From Treponema sp. (GTDB taxonomy: Bacteria; Spirochaetota; Spirochaetia; Treponematales; Breznakiellaceae): a DNA stretch of 64,000 nt. The translations under genes and the position numbers were made by a program. The notes beneath the pieces are model-generated. The model had not been told where the DNA came from. It was given only the letters and a program-made list of their open reading frames with translations, and searched no databases. Of this stretch, positions 7,747 to 19,178 are shown piece by piece. The stretch's first letter is position 1; each line of letters begins with the position of its first letter. The stretch is from contig JAIRWM010000058.1 in assembly GCA_031268975.1 (NCBI GenBank), forward strand, positions 905-64,904, given 5' to 3'.

Positions 7747-8229
7747 ATGACAGGAAAGACCATTCAGGAAATGATCCGCTTTTTTGGCGGGGACAAAAAG
7801 CGCATTGCGCACGCACTTAAAGTGTATGCCTGTGCCGGGACCATAGCGGAACTGGAAAACTGCACTGCCGAAGTAAAAAAGACGGTGATCCTCGCGGCCA
7901 TACTCCATGATGTCGGGATAAAAGTCGCCGAAGAAAAATATGGCTCGTGTACCATGCCGCAGCAAGAGGAAGAAGGGCCGCCGGTTGCGCGGGAAATTTT
8001 ACTCCGCCTTGGTAATGATCCGGCGTTGACAGATCGCGTCTGTTTTCTCATTGCCCATCATCACCATCCCGGCGCCGCCGAAGATCAGGATTTTCGGATA
8101 CTTCTGGAAGCGGATTTCATAGTTAACTTTGAGGAAGAAAACCTCCCCCTGTGTTTTCTGGAACAAACCGCGAAGGAACATTTTAGAACACAGAGCGGCC
8201 TGTCACTGTTACGCGCCATTTTTTTGTGA
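7747..8229 (+). CDS. HD-domain phosphohydrolase
   Basis: 160 aa with ILHDVGI and HHHHPG metal-binding motifs. Confidence 0.8.
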   Translation: MTGKTIQEMIRFFGGDKKRIAHALKVYACAGTIAELENCTAEVKKTVILAAILHDVGIKVAEEKYGSCTMPQQEEEGPPVAREILLRLGNDPALTDRVCFLIAHHHHPGAAEDQDFRILLEADFIVNFEEENLPLCFLEQTAKEHFRTQSGLSLLRAIFL

Positions 8230-8330
8230 ACCACTCGAAAAACACGAACAAATCCGATAGGAAGTCCAACGTACCGGTTCGTGCCGCCCGTGAGGCCGGT
8301 GGTTATATCATTAACGGTTTGTTTCCGCCG

Positions 8331-8375
8331 GAAAAAAACAAAAGCCGCCGGGCCGCGTGAGCGGTCGGGCGGCTT
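8331..8375 (-). terminator. Rho-independent terminator of groEL
   Basis: On the minus strand the stem AAGCCGCC..GGCGGCTT is followed by TTTGTTTTTTT, about 30 nt after the groEL stop. Confidence 0.7.
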
Positions 8376-8405
8376 GCCGTATTTACGGAGCTCCATGCGG
8401 ACTTT

Positions 8406-10133
<1,728 letters not shown>

Positions 10134-10152
10134 TTACCGGGTGATCGTCTAA

Positions 10153-10182
10153 ATAATACCAAAATTGCGCCAGAAAAGTCAA
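10153..10182 (-). promoter_or_regulatory. sigma70-type promoter TTGACT-18-TATTAT upstream of groEL
   Basis: The hexamers were read on the minus strand about 100 nt upstream of the groEL ATG. Confidence 0.5.
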
Positions 10183-10248
10183 TGCGCCTTGTTGTATTCT
10201 CACAGGTTTCCGCTTAAAGTAAGGGTTTCCGGAGGAGTTTAGGAGAAA

Positions 10249-11940
10249 ATGAAACAGCGGTATGTAATTGGTCTTGATTTTGGAACGAAGTCGGGCCGGG
10301 CCCTTCTGGTAGACGCCAAGACCGGCGAAACCGCCGCGCAGTCGGTGAAGGATTATGCACATGGGGTTATGGACCGGTTTTTGCCCGACGGAAAAACTGC
10401 GCTGGGCGCCGGCTGGGCGCTTCAGCATCCGAAAGACTACCTTGATACGCTGGAATATACCGTCCGTGAGGCGGTTTCCCTGGCCGGCATACCCGCCGGG
10501 GACATAATCGGTCTTTCCATAGACTTTACCGCGTGTACGATCCTTCCCATAGACGCGGCCCGAAGGCCGCTTTGTTTTCTCGAAAAATACAAAAACAGGC
10601 CCCACGCCTACGTCAAATTGTGGAAACATCACGCCGCGCTGCCGCAAACCAGCCGAATCAACGAAGTGTTGGCAGAAGAGGGCCTTATCGATCTTCCCCT
10701 GTACGGGGGAAAAGTGTCTTCGGAACTGTTTTTACCCAAAGTGATGCAAATCCTGGAAGAGGATCCGGAGATTTACCACTCGGCGGACGCCGTTCTTGAG
10801 GCTGCCGACTGGCTTACGCTTCTTCTTACCGGGGAAAACCGGCGTTCTTTCAGCATGGCTTCCTACAAGGCGATGTGGGACGGAGAGAAATACCCCTCCG
10901 CCCGGCTGCTTCGGGCATTTAATCCCGGTCTGGAGCATGTTGTGGAAGAAAAAATGGCCGCCGAAATAGTTCCCCTCGGCTCGAAAATCGGGGAATTAAA
11001 CGAAGAATGGGCCGGACGGCTGGGACTTCTTCCCGGAACGGCTGTGGGCGCCAGTATTATCGACGCCCACGCCGGACTTCCCGGCTGCGGCATCACAAAA
11101 CCGGGACAGATGATGCTTATCATCGGAACTTCCAGCGTACAGGCGGTGTTGAGCGAAAAGCCCTATTCCGGGAAAGGCGTTATGGGGGGAGTCAATGGGG
11201 GGATTATAGACGGATATTACGCCCTGGAATCCGGACTCGCCGGGGTAGGGGATATTTTTGAGTGGTTTGTCAGCAACGCCGTGCCGGAGCGGTATGGGGC
11301 GATGGCAAAAGCCGAAGGGAAAAGCCTGTTCCGTTTCCTGGGCGAAGCGGCCGCGAAAGGCAGACCGGGAAAAAGCGGACTTTTGGCCCTGGACTGGTGG
11401 AACGGCAATAAAACGCCGTTTGTGGACGCCGGCCTCTCCGGGGTTCTTGTGGGTTGCACCATGGCGACCCGGCCCGAAGACATATACCGGGCTCTTGTGG
11501 AAGCGACCGGCTTTGGGACCAGAATGATAATGGACACATTTGCGGAAGCGGGAGTGGAAATAGACGAAATTCGCGCCTGCGGCGGAATAGCGGAAAAAGA
11601 TCCGGCGCTGATGCAGATTTACGCGGACATTACCAACCGGGAAATAAAAGTCTCCGCCTCCGGCCAAACCGCCGCCCTGGGCGCCGCGATGTACGCGGCG
11701 ACAGCCGCCGGGGCGGAACGGGGCGGATACAGCCGGATCGCCGGCGCGGCGGCGGCCATGAGCCGCACCCGGGATCGGGCCTTTACGCCGAATCCGGACA
11801 ATGTGGCGCCATATTCGGCGCTGTACAGCCACTACCGGGAACTTTCCGCTTATTTCGGCGCAAACGGGATAATGAAAGAGCTAAAAGCCCTGAGCGGCGG
11901 CCAGGGAAGCGCTGACTTACTCACATCGAGAATAAATTAG
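10249..11940 (+). CDS. araB: FGGY-family sugar kinase, ribulokinase-like
   Basis: 563 aa. The N-terminus YVIGLDFGTKSGRALLVD..TGE parallels the AraB N-terminus along the full length. The RBS is GGAGAA. Confidence 0.85.
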   Translation: MKQRYVIGLDFGTKSGRALLVDAKTGETAAQSVKDYAHGVMDRFLPDGKTALGAGWALQHPKDYLDTLEYTVREAVSLAGIPAGDIIGLSIDFTACTILPIDAARRPLCFLEKYKNRPHAYVKLWKHHAALPQTSRINEVLAEEGLIDLPLYGGKVSSELFLPKVMQILEEDPEIYHSADAVLEAADWLTLLLTGENRRSFSMASYKAMWDGEKYPSARLLRAFNPGLEHVVEEKMAAEIVPLGSKIGELNEEWAGRLGLLPGTAVGASIIDAHAGLPGCGITKPGQMMLIIGTSSVQAVLSEKPYSGKGVMGGVNGGIIDGYYALESGLAGVGDIFEWFVSNAVPERYGAMAKAEGKSLFRFLGEAAAKGRPGKSGLLALDWWNGNKTPFVDAGLSGVLVGCTMATRPEDIYRALVEATGFGTRMIMDTFAEAGVEIDEIRACGGIAEKDPALMQIYADITNREIKVSASGQTAALGAAMYAATAAGAERGGYSRIAGAAAAMSRTRDRAFTPNPDNVAPYSALYSHYRELSAYFGANGIMKELKALSGGQGSADLLTSRIN

Positions 11941-12426
11941 TGCTTCTTTAATGTGGATTTTTCGCCGCTTTGAAAAAGCGCGGGGCTGTAAAGGAAGTAG
12001 AAAAAACAGTCGGTTTGGGGTGTCGGCATGACGATTTCTTGTCCTTGCAGACTGAGGCGCGGGGAATCCCGGTTTTGATCAAAAACCAACGAGCTCCCGC
12101 ATGTGTTGTCCCGCCTTCCCCGCAGCGGGGACAAAGCTATCCCCTCAATGAAAGCGGAGGGTATGTGCCGGGCGGTTCCGTTGGAATTCCGTCCGGCTCT
12201 TTTTTTCTCCGGTTCACGGCACATCCGGTTCTTTACGGGCTTTCCCGTGTCCGCCCGCCTTTACCGCTCCTTTGACCTGGTTATTTCTTTTACAGCCCCG
12301 GTATGGACCCCGCTTGCGAATAAATCAGCGTTTCTTAGCGCCCGTGGGAAAATGCCTGGCGTAAAAAGCCGGGGAAGCCGCACCGGAATCTTGCGGTCCC
12401 GCCGCGTTTTGTAGTACATTTACAAC

Positions 12427-12873
12427 ATGATAGCAATAGCATCCGATCATACCGGGGTAGCACTCAAAAAAGAAATTGCTGCCCTGTTGAAAGCGCTTGA
12501 CCGGCCCTGCCTTGACGTGGGTACGGACAGCGCTGAAAGTACCGATTATCCCGTTTGGGGTTACCGGGCCGCCAGGCTTGTGGCTTCCGGGGAATGCGAG
12601 CGGGCAATTGTCATATGCGGCACCGGGTTCGGGATTTCACTCGCCGCCAACAAGGTAAAAGGTATCCGATGTGTACTCTGTTCTGATTGTTATACGGCAA
12701 AGCTGTCCCGAATGCACAACAACACCAACATGCTTTCTCTGGGCGCCAGGGTTGTAGGGCCCGAGCTTGCGAAAATGATAGTTCAAATCTGGCTCGAAAC
12801 CCCCTTTGAAGGCGGCCGTCATCAAAAACGGCTGGACATGATTTCCGCCATTGAGGCGGGAAAAGAACCGTAA
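12427..12873 (+). CDS. rpiB: ribose-5-phosphate isomerase B / LacAB-family sugar-phosphate isomerase
   Basis: 148 aa, with MIAIASDHTGVALK..., CGTGFGISLAANK and a typical RpiB fold signature. Confidence 0.85.
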   Translation: MIAIASDHTGVALKKEIAALLKALDRPCLDVGTDSAESTDYPVWGYRAARLVASGECERAIVICGTGFGISLAANKVKGIRCVLCSDCYTAKLSRMHNNTNMLSLGARVVGPELAKMIVQIWLETPFEGGRHQKRLDMISAIEAGKEP

Positions 12874-13020
12874 GGGGGAGCGCGTTCCCTTGCAAACGAA
12901 AAGCCCTGAAGACACAGCGCCTGTGGCTGGGACAGGCGCGCAAACACGAAACTGACAGGGCCTGTCGGCAGGAAACGGCGCGAAGCAAGTTCGTACCATT
13001 TCCAGGGACACCCGCTAAGC

Positions 13021-13324
13021 AAACGCGCGCGAAACATTGAGCGCGTCTCCCAGTAGTGTCAACACGGCGTAGGCCCGGCAGAGGTAACGTTTTCCGGTAA
13101 AACCAGATGGCCGCCGCCTTCGCCGTTTCTCCGGGTGCGCCTGTTATTTCCTCCGGACGCTGTGTCTTCACCATATCCTGTTTCAAGGCAGTGTGCTCCC
13201 CGCCCGGAAAATGCGCGCGAAAAGTTGAGCGCGTCTTTCCGATGATGGCAACACGACATAGGCCCGGTAACCATAACAGTTCCCGGCACAAGCTAAAGGG
13301 CCGCCTACTTCGCATGCCGTTTCT
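13021..13324. repeat. two direct repeats of about 110-115 nt (13021-13130 and 13209-13324) in a 540-bp non-coding gap
   Basis: Each unit starts with the hairpin ACGCGC-N12-GCGCGT (or AUGCGC..GCGCGU) and shares ..CAACACG.C.TAGGCCCGG.. and ..GGCCGCC..CTTCGC..GCCGTTTCT. Identity is roughly 70% by eye. Confidence 0.5.
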
Positions 13325-13377
13325 GTCTGCGGGGTTTTCCGTCGGCAAATTCTGCCCAAAAAAACCTGAAAAAAAGC

Positions 13378-13406
13378 TTGACAACCGCAAAAACAGGGCG
13401 TACAAT
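13378..13406 (+). promoter_or_regulatory. sigma70 promoter TTGACA-17-TACAAT for the LacI-family regulator
   Basis: The -35 is perfect and the -10 near-perfect, with 17-nt spacing, about 48 nt upstream of the ATG at 13454. Confidence 0.6.
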
Positions 13407-13414
13407 GACTCAGG

Positions 13415-13434
13415 TTGGGTAAACCTTTACCCAA
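13415..13434. promoter_or_regulatory. candidate LacI-type operator, palindrome TTGGGTAAA-CC-TTTACCCAA
   Basis: This is a perfect 9-2-9 inverted repeat immediately downstream of the -10 box. Confidence 0.55.
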
Positions 13435-13453
13435 GAAAGGCGGTTTTGGGTAT

Positions 13454-14428
13454 ATGGCGTCAATTTCGATGAAGAAGGTGTCGGAACTAAGCGGCGTTTC
13501 AATAGCCACTGTGTCGAGGGTCATTAACAACAATGGTCGTTTTTCCAGGGCGACGCGGGATAATGTAGTCGCCGTTATAAAAGAACTGGGTTATACTCCG
13601 AATTTTATGGCCAGGGCGCTTCGTACAAACAAGACCAGAAACATCGGTGTCATCGTACCGGACATCACGAATGAATTCTTCGCAAAGCTTACCCTTTACA
13701 TTCAGCAGGCGCTTTTTGAGGAAAACTATTCCACCATCATTTACAATACCGACGAAAACAAAGACCTTGAAGAACGGCATATTCAGGCGTTGACGGCCCA
13801 GAGCGTAAGCGGAATTATTTTTATTTCCGGCGGCGGTTACAGCGTTAATATACCGGAAGTTCCGACCATTTTTCTCGACCGCAAGCCCCGGCTTAAAGAT
13901 AAAAACAATTACATCCAGATACGGACAGATCATTTTATGGGCGGATACAAGGCGGGTGAGCTTTTGCAAAAGCTTGGCTGTAAAAAGCCGGGAATTGTCA
14001 AAGGGCCGAAAATCTTTTCCCAGCAGGAACGGCTGCGGGGTTTTTTGGCGTCGTTTACGGGGAAAAAGTCTGATATTCCGGTAGTGGCTGTGGAAAAAGT
14101 TGATTATGACAGCGCCCACAATGTCCTGTCACAGATGCTGGGCAGGGGTCTCCACGGAGACGGTTATTTTTGTACAACAGACTGGATCGCCATGGGGGTT
14201 ATGCATGCTCTGGAGGAACGAAAAATAAAAATCCCCGAACAGGTAAAGCTTGTCGGTTTTGACGATATTTCCATCGCGGCCTGTTCGGGGCTTACTACAA
14301 TACATCAGGATATCAAGGGCATGGCGGAAACGGCGGCGTCTTTCATGCTGGACATTTTAAACGGAAGGGAAGTAGAAGAACGGGAATATGTTTTTGATTC
14401 CGTTATGGTAAGAAGGAAAACCGCCTGA
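13454..14428 (+). CDS. LacI-family transcriptional regulator
   Basis: It has an HTH segment (KKVSELSGVSIATVSRVINN) followed by a periplasmic-binding-like sugar domain. The start could equally be the ATG at 13469. Confidence 0.9.
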   Translation: MASISMKKVSELSGVSIATVSRVINNNGRFSRATRDNVVAVIKELGYTPNFMARALRTNKTRNIGVIVPDITNEFFAKLTLYIQQALFEENYSTIIYNTDENKDLEERHIQALTAQSVSGIIFISGGGYSVNIPEVPTIFLDRKPRLKDKNNYIQIRTDHFMGGYKAGELLQKLGCKKPGIVKGPKIFSQQERLRGFLASFTGKKSDIPVVAVEKVDYDSAHNVLSQMLGRGLHGDGYFCTTDWIAMGVMHALEERKIKIPEQVKLVGFDDISIAACSGLTTIHQDIKGMAETAASFMLDILNGREVEEREYVFDSVMVRRKTA

Positions 14429-14560
14429 CGGGCTTGTTCAATCGCAAACCCGGTTTGTGCGCAAGCCGGATTACTGGACAAGTCCATTGGCTTTTGTGAC
14501 AAAGGGGAATGTAGGTTCCCGGAAAATAAACAGGGCTAAAGAGCCCACGTGGAGGAAAAC

Positions 14561-15502
14561 ATGAAAAAGTGGTTTTTGGCAGTGATGTTCGTTTTTGCGG
14601 TGGTATCCCTGACTTTTGCCGGCCCCGGCGGGCAGTCATCCGGCCGCGCCGAGTACGCGGTGGTACTCAAGACGCTTGCTTCGCCTTTCTGGCGCGGAAT
14701 TCAGGAAGGGGTTCAATTAAAAGCCCAGGAGCTTGGGATTGCCGTGGATGTTTACGCGGCCAATTCGGAAGACGATATTGAAGGGCAGGTACAGCTCCTT
14801 GAAAACTGCATTTCGCAGGGTTATAAGGCAATCGGGGTTTCACCGATTTCTCCTGTTAATCTCAACGCGACCATTGCGCAGGCGACAAAAAAAGGCATCT
14901 ATGTGATCAACATTGATGAAATGGTTGATCGCGCCAATCTTCAATCACAAGGCGGAGCGGTTCAGGGTTTTGTGGCCACCGATAACGTGGCGGTCGGAAA
15001 CCTCGGCGCGGGTTACATTATTGAAAAACTGCCCGGCGGCGGAGAAGTTGCGATTATTGAGGGCATGGCCGGAAACAAATCCGGGGAAGACCGCAAAAAC
15101 GGGGCGACAGCCGCGTTCAGGGCCTCCAGCGGCTACAACATAGTGGCAAGCCAGGCGGCAAACTGGGATCGCACCATGGCTTACGATCTTGCGACCAGCC
15201 TTGTTACCCGGTTTCCCAACCTGAAAGGAATTTACTGCTGCAACGATACCATGGCAATGGGCGCACTTGAAGCCGTAAAACGTTCCGGCAAGGCCATCAT
15301 TGTTGTCGGAACCGACGGCAATGAAGACGCCGTCGCTTCAGTAAAGGCGGGTGAACTCGGCGCGACGGTCGCTCAGGATACGCACCTTATCGGCGGTATC
15401 GGCGTGGAAATGATGGTCAACGCCTACAAGAACAAGGTAAAGATAGACGCAAACACGGATGTTCCCTTTCAAGGAGCGAAGGCGCAGCTTGTAACCAGGT
15501 AA
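14561..15502 (+). CDS. CUT2 sugar ABC transporter substrate-binding protein (RbsB-like), system 1
   Basis: The signal peptide is MKKWFLAVMFVFAVVSLTFAG and the body is RbsB-like. The RBS is GGAGGA. Confidence 0.85.
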   Translation: MKKWFLAVMFVFAVVSLTFAGPGGQSSGRAEYAVVLKTLASPFWRGIQEGVQLKAQELGIAVDVYAANSEDDIEGQVQLLENCISQGYKAIGVSPISPVNLNATIAQATKKGIYVINIDEMVDRANLQSQGGAVQGFVATDNVAVGNLGAGYIIEKLPGGGEVAIIEGMAGNKSGEDRKNGATAAFRASSGYNIVASQAANWDRTMAYDLATSLVTRFPNLKGIYCCNDTMAMGALEAVKRSGKAIIVVGTDGNEDAVASVKAGELGATVAQDTHLIGGIGVEMMVNAYKNKVKIDANTDVPFQGAKAQLVTR

Positions 15503-15636
15503 GCTGAACGCGGGGCTGCCCGAAAAGCTGAACCCGCGGGAAGCGGTGATTAGCGTCAAGTTAATCAGTGCCGCCTTCGGTTAAAAACTTTCCGGACAGC
15601 CCCGCGGTTTTACCGGTATTTTTTCAGGAAAAGACT

Positions 15637-17202
15637 ATGCAGACGCTTATTGAAATGAAAAACATACGGAAAGAATTCCCGGGGGTTCTTGCCCTGAACG
15701 ATGTAAGTTTTGATGTACGCGGGGGCGAAGTCCATGTTTTATGCGGGGAAAACGGGGCCGGTAAATCAACGCTTATGAAAATTCTCAGCGGGGTATACCA
15801 GCCGTCCGCGGGTCAAATTATAATAAACGGAAAAGAATATCATTCCCTTACGCCCAGGGAATCGTCCGCCGCCGGAATCGGAATAATATATCAGGAACTC
15901 AGCGTAATCAACGAATTGTCAATCTGCGAAAATATTTTTATGGGCAGGCTTAAGGAAAAAAAGATACTTGGCGTTAATGTGGTAGATACAAAATACATGC
16001 GCTCCAGGACGGCGGAACTTTTGGATCGTATCGGGCTGCGCCGCAGACCCGAAACCGTTGTAGGCAGCCTTTCCATTTCGGAAAAGCAAATGGTGGAAAT
16101 AGCCAAAACTGTCGCGTTTGACGCGCGGGTTATTATAATGGACGAGCCGACTTCTTCCCTGACAGAAACAGAAGTAGAAAAACTGTTTGAAATTATCAGG
16201 CAGATGCAAAAAGAAGACCGCGGGCTTATTTATATTTCCCACAGGCTTTCGGAACTGAAAAAAGTGGGAAACCGGGTAACGGTGCTCAAAGACGGCTCTC
16301 ATGTCGGAACAAAAAACGTAGAGGATGTTACAGAGGATGATCTTATCACAATGATGGTCGGACGGAGTATTCAGGAACGCTTCAATACCGTTCCGGTTAT
16401 GCCCGGTTCCCCCATATTTGAAGTGAAGAATTTGACGCGCAGGGACAAAAAAGTCCGCGATGTAAGTTTTGATCTTTACGAAGGCGAAATACTTGGTTTT
16501 TCCGGCCTTGTCGGCGCGGGCCGCTCTGAACTGATGAACGCGGTTTACGGGGCGGAAAAAATTGAAAGCGGCGAAGTGTATATATGGGGAAAAAGGGCGG
16601 TGATAAAAAACACTTACGACGCGGTAAAAAACGGCATTGCCCTTTTAACGGAAAACAGGCGTGAAACCGGGTTTCTGAAAAATTTCTCCATAAGGGGCAA
16701 CATTTCCATTGCCAGTTATCTCAAAGCTTCGCATCTTGGCGGGCTTTTGGGATTAGTCAACAACAGCTTTGAAAAAAAACTGTCGGAAGAACAAAAAGAC
16801 GCGCTTAACATCAAGTGCGCCACGGTGGACCAAAATATAACAAGCCTTTCGGGTGGAAACCAGCAGAAGGTTATTCTTGGAAAATGGGTAGCCAGCAAGC
16901 CGGGTATCATTATTTTTGATGAGCCCACAAAGGGTATAGACGTAGGAACAAAATCTGAAATTTACCGGCTGCTCCGTTCTCTTGCGTCGGCAAAAATCGG
17001 CGTAATAATGGTTTCGTCGGAATTGCCGGAACTGCTTGCGCTGTGTGACAGAATCATTGTCTTTGCCAACGGACAGGTCAGCGCCGTATTTCCCATTGCG
17101 GAGGCAACAGAGGAAAAACTTTTACGGGCCGCCACCGGAGGGGAACCTTCCGCCCTGCGGGAGGCGGCGGCAGGTTTCAAAAACAAGGAGGCGGTAAAAT
17201 GA
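15637..17202 (+). CDS. sugar ABC transporter ATP-binding protein (duplicated ATPase, RbsA-like), system 1
   Basis: It has Walker A GENGAGKST, LSGGNQQK and two ABC cassettes. The start was set at MQTLIEMKNI. Confidence 0.9.
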   Translation: MQTLIEMKNIRKEFPGVLALNDVSFDVRGGEVHVLCGENGAGKSTLMKILSGVYQPSAGQIIINGKEYHSLTPRESSAAGIGIIYQELSVINELSICENIFMGRLKEKKILGVNVVDTKYMRSRTAELLDRIGLRRRPETVVGSLSISEKQMVEIAKTVAFDARVIIMDEPTSSLTETEVEKLFEIIRQMQKEDRGLIYISHRLSELKKVGNRVTVLKDGSHVGTKNVEDVTEDDLITMMVGRSIQERFNTVPVMPGSPIFEVKNLTRRDKKVRDVSFDLYEGEILGFSGLVGAGRSELMNAVYGAEKIESGEVYIWGKRAVIKNTYDAVKNGIALLTENRRETGFLKNFSIRGNISIASYLKASHLGGLLGLVNNSFEKKLSEEQKDALNIKCATVDQNITSLSGGNQQKVILGKWVASKPGIIIFDEPTKGIDVGTKSEIYRLLRSLASAKIGVIMVSSELPELLALCDRIIVFANGQVSAVFPIAEATEEKLLRAATGGEPSALREAAAGFKNKEAVK

Positions 17203-18176
17203 GCAAAAAAGACGGCGGATTAACGGGTTTCCAAATATTTTGGGATCGATACTCAACTGTGGCGATTATGGTTTTTATGGTTGTTGTTTTTGGGGCGCTG
17301 CGGCCCGGATCCTTCCTGAAGATTGACAATCTGATAAAAATTACCGAGCAGAGTTCGATCACCATTCTGCTGGCCTGCGGTGAATTCTTTGCCATACTGC
17401 TTGCCGGTATTGATCTTTCAGTTGGTTCCGTTATGGCCCTTTCCGGAGTTGTAACGGCGAAGTTTCTCGTGGCGGGCTTTAACCCCGTCATGGCCGTTCT
17501 GCTTGGAGTTGTGGTTTTGGGCGCACTCCTGGGCGCTTTTAACGGAACGCTCATCAATGTAACGCGCCTCCCGCCCTTTATAATAACGCTGGGTACCCAG
17601 CTTATTTTCCGGGGTCTTACCATGGTTGTTTCAAACAGACAGGCTGTTTCGGGCATTCCGGGAATTTATTCCCGGGTAATTGCCGGGCATACCCTTTTTG
17701 TCATTCCCAATCCGTTTATTATAGCGTTTGCCGTGGCGGCCGTTCTTACGTTTTTTTCGCTTAAAACAAAAGCGGGAAGAAACCTGTACGCCATCGGCGG
17801 AAATTCCCAGGCGGCCTGGTTTGCCGGAATACCCATCAGGCTGCATACGCTGGCCGCGTTTATCATATCGGGGATTTGTTCGGGCTTTGCCGGAATGGTC
17901 AATGTCGCGCGGCTTTCCGCGGCGGAACCAAACGCCGGTACCGGCTATGAGACATACGCCATAGCCGCCGTAATTATCGGTGGTACAAGCTTTTTCGGCG
18001 GACAGGGAGTTATTCCGAAAGTAGTTGTCGGCGGAATCATCATAGGGATAATCAACAACGGTCTTAATATGATGGGCCTTTCGTCGTTTTACCAGCAGAT
18101 TGCCATGGGTTCAATGATCATTGTTGCGGTAACGCTGGACCGGTTCTTCGGCGCAAGCAGCAAACTGGGGAGCTGA
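17199..18176 (+). CDS. sugar ABC transporter permease (RbsC-like), system 1
   Basis: It is a multi-TM protein with a 4-nt overlap to the ATPase stop and family-typical IGGTSFFGG. Confidence 0.85.
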   Translation: MSKKDGGLTGFQIFWDRYSTVAIMVFMVVVFGALRPGSFLKIDNLIKITEQSSITILLACGEFFAILLAGIDLSVGSVMALSGVVTAKFLVAGFNPVMAVLLGVVVLGALLGAFNGTLINVTRLPPFIITLGTQLIFRGLTMVVSNRQAVSGIPGIYSRVIAGHTLFVIPNPFIIAFAVAAVLTFFSLKTKAGRNLYAIGGNSQAAWFAGIPIRLHTLAAFIISGICSGFAGMVNVARLSAAEPNAGTGYETYAIAAVIIGGTSFFGGQGVIPKVVVGGIIIGIINNGLNMMGLSSFYQQIAMGSMIIVAVTLDRFFGASSKLGS

Positions 18177-18202
18177 TTTTTCATGTACAAAAGGGACGCG
18201 GC

Positions 18203-19108
18203 TTGAAAATACTTGGACTGGATATCGGGGGTACAAATGTACGGAGCGGTTTTTACGGCGACGACGACACGCTTTCCCGGTTTGCCGTACACAAAAGTTC
18301 CGAAATTTTGGCGGACAATGCCGCCGGAAGGCTTGTAGAGTATATAAAAAAACGCGCCGGCGAAGAACTTCCCGGCGCCGTTTCCGTTGGCGCCCCTTCA
18401 ACGGTGGACAGGGACAACAGGATCATTTATTCCACGCCAAATATTGCCGGCCTTAACAATGTTCCCATCGCGGAGTTTGTGGAATCATCCCTGCATATTC
18501 CCTGTTTTGTAAGCCGCGACGTATGCCTGCTTCTGCTTTACGACATGTACGACAACAACATTTCCCCGGAAGGTTTTACCCTGGGGTTTTACGCGGGTAC
18601 GGGGCTGGGGAACGCCATTGCCTACAACGGAAAACTTGTTACCGGCAGACACGGCGTCGCCGCCGAACTCGGGCATATTCCCGTTTTGGGCAAAGACGAT
18701 CTTTGCGGCTGCGGGAACCGGGGCTGTATTGAGCTGTACGCTTCGGGCAAGCGCCTCGCACAGATTAACGGGGAAAAGTATCCCGGTTTGGCCATAGGGG
18801 AAATGCTGGCCCGGCATTCTGATGATCCTGACATAAAGGAATTTGTCGACAATCTGGGCGCGGCTGTCGCGGTAGAAATAAACATCCTGGACCCGGAAAA
18901 CGTTATTTTGGGCGGCGGTGTGATCCTCTCCGACGGGTTTCCCAAAAAGGCCCTGGAACAGGCGATTCGCAAATATGCCCGCAAACCGTACCCCGAAAAA
19001 GGTCTCTCCTTTATCTATTCAAAGGAATCCCACGAAAACGGCGTTATCGGTGCGGCCATTTTTGCCCGCACAAAACTTTCCCAGGGGCGTTTTTCGGCTC
19101 TTGTATAA
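18203..19108 (+). CDS. ROK-family sugar kinase
   Basis: It has LGLDIGGTNVR and the zinc motif CGCGNRGCIELYASG. The start codon is TTG. Confidence 0.8.
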   Translation: MKILGLDIGGTNVRSGFYGDDDTLSRFAVHKSSEILADNAAGRLVEYIKKRAGEELPGAVSVGAPSTVDRDNRIIYSTPNIAGLNNVPIAEFVESSLHIPCFVSRDVCLLLLYDMYDNNISPEGFTLGFYAGTGLGNAIAYNGKLVTGRHGVAAELGHIPVLGKDDLCGCGNRGCIELYASGKRLAQINGEKYPGLAIGEMLARHSDDPDIKEFVDNLGAAVAVEINILDPENVILGGGVILSDGFPKKALEQAIRKYARKPYPEKGLSFIYSKESHENGVIGAAIFARTKLSQGRFSALV

Positions 19109-19178
19109 AAAACAGACCAAAAATCTTCTTGCGATATTCATATACGGGGTGATATAATCGTCTATCCGGAGGAAATGT

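Noticed and set aside
12329-13035. Inverted repeats flanking rpiB (GCGTTTCTTAGCG at about 12329 versus the complement of CGCTAAGCAAACGC at about 13010)
   Set aside because: Only about 13-14 nt match, with weak extension. I cannot exclude chance without a statistical alignment.
12611-13405. 264-aa minus-strand ORF spanning the repeat gap
   Set aside because: It runs antisense into rpiB and is Arg/Cys/Pro-rich with no domain-like stretch. The region is better explained as non-coding repeats.
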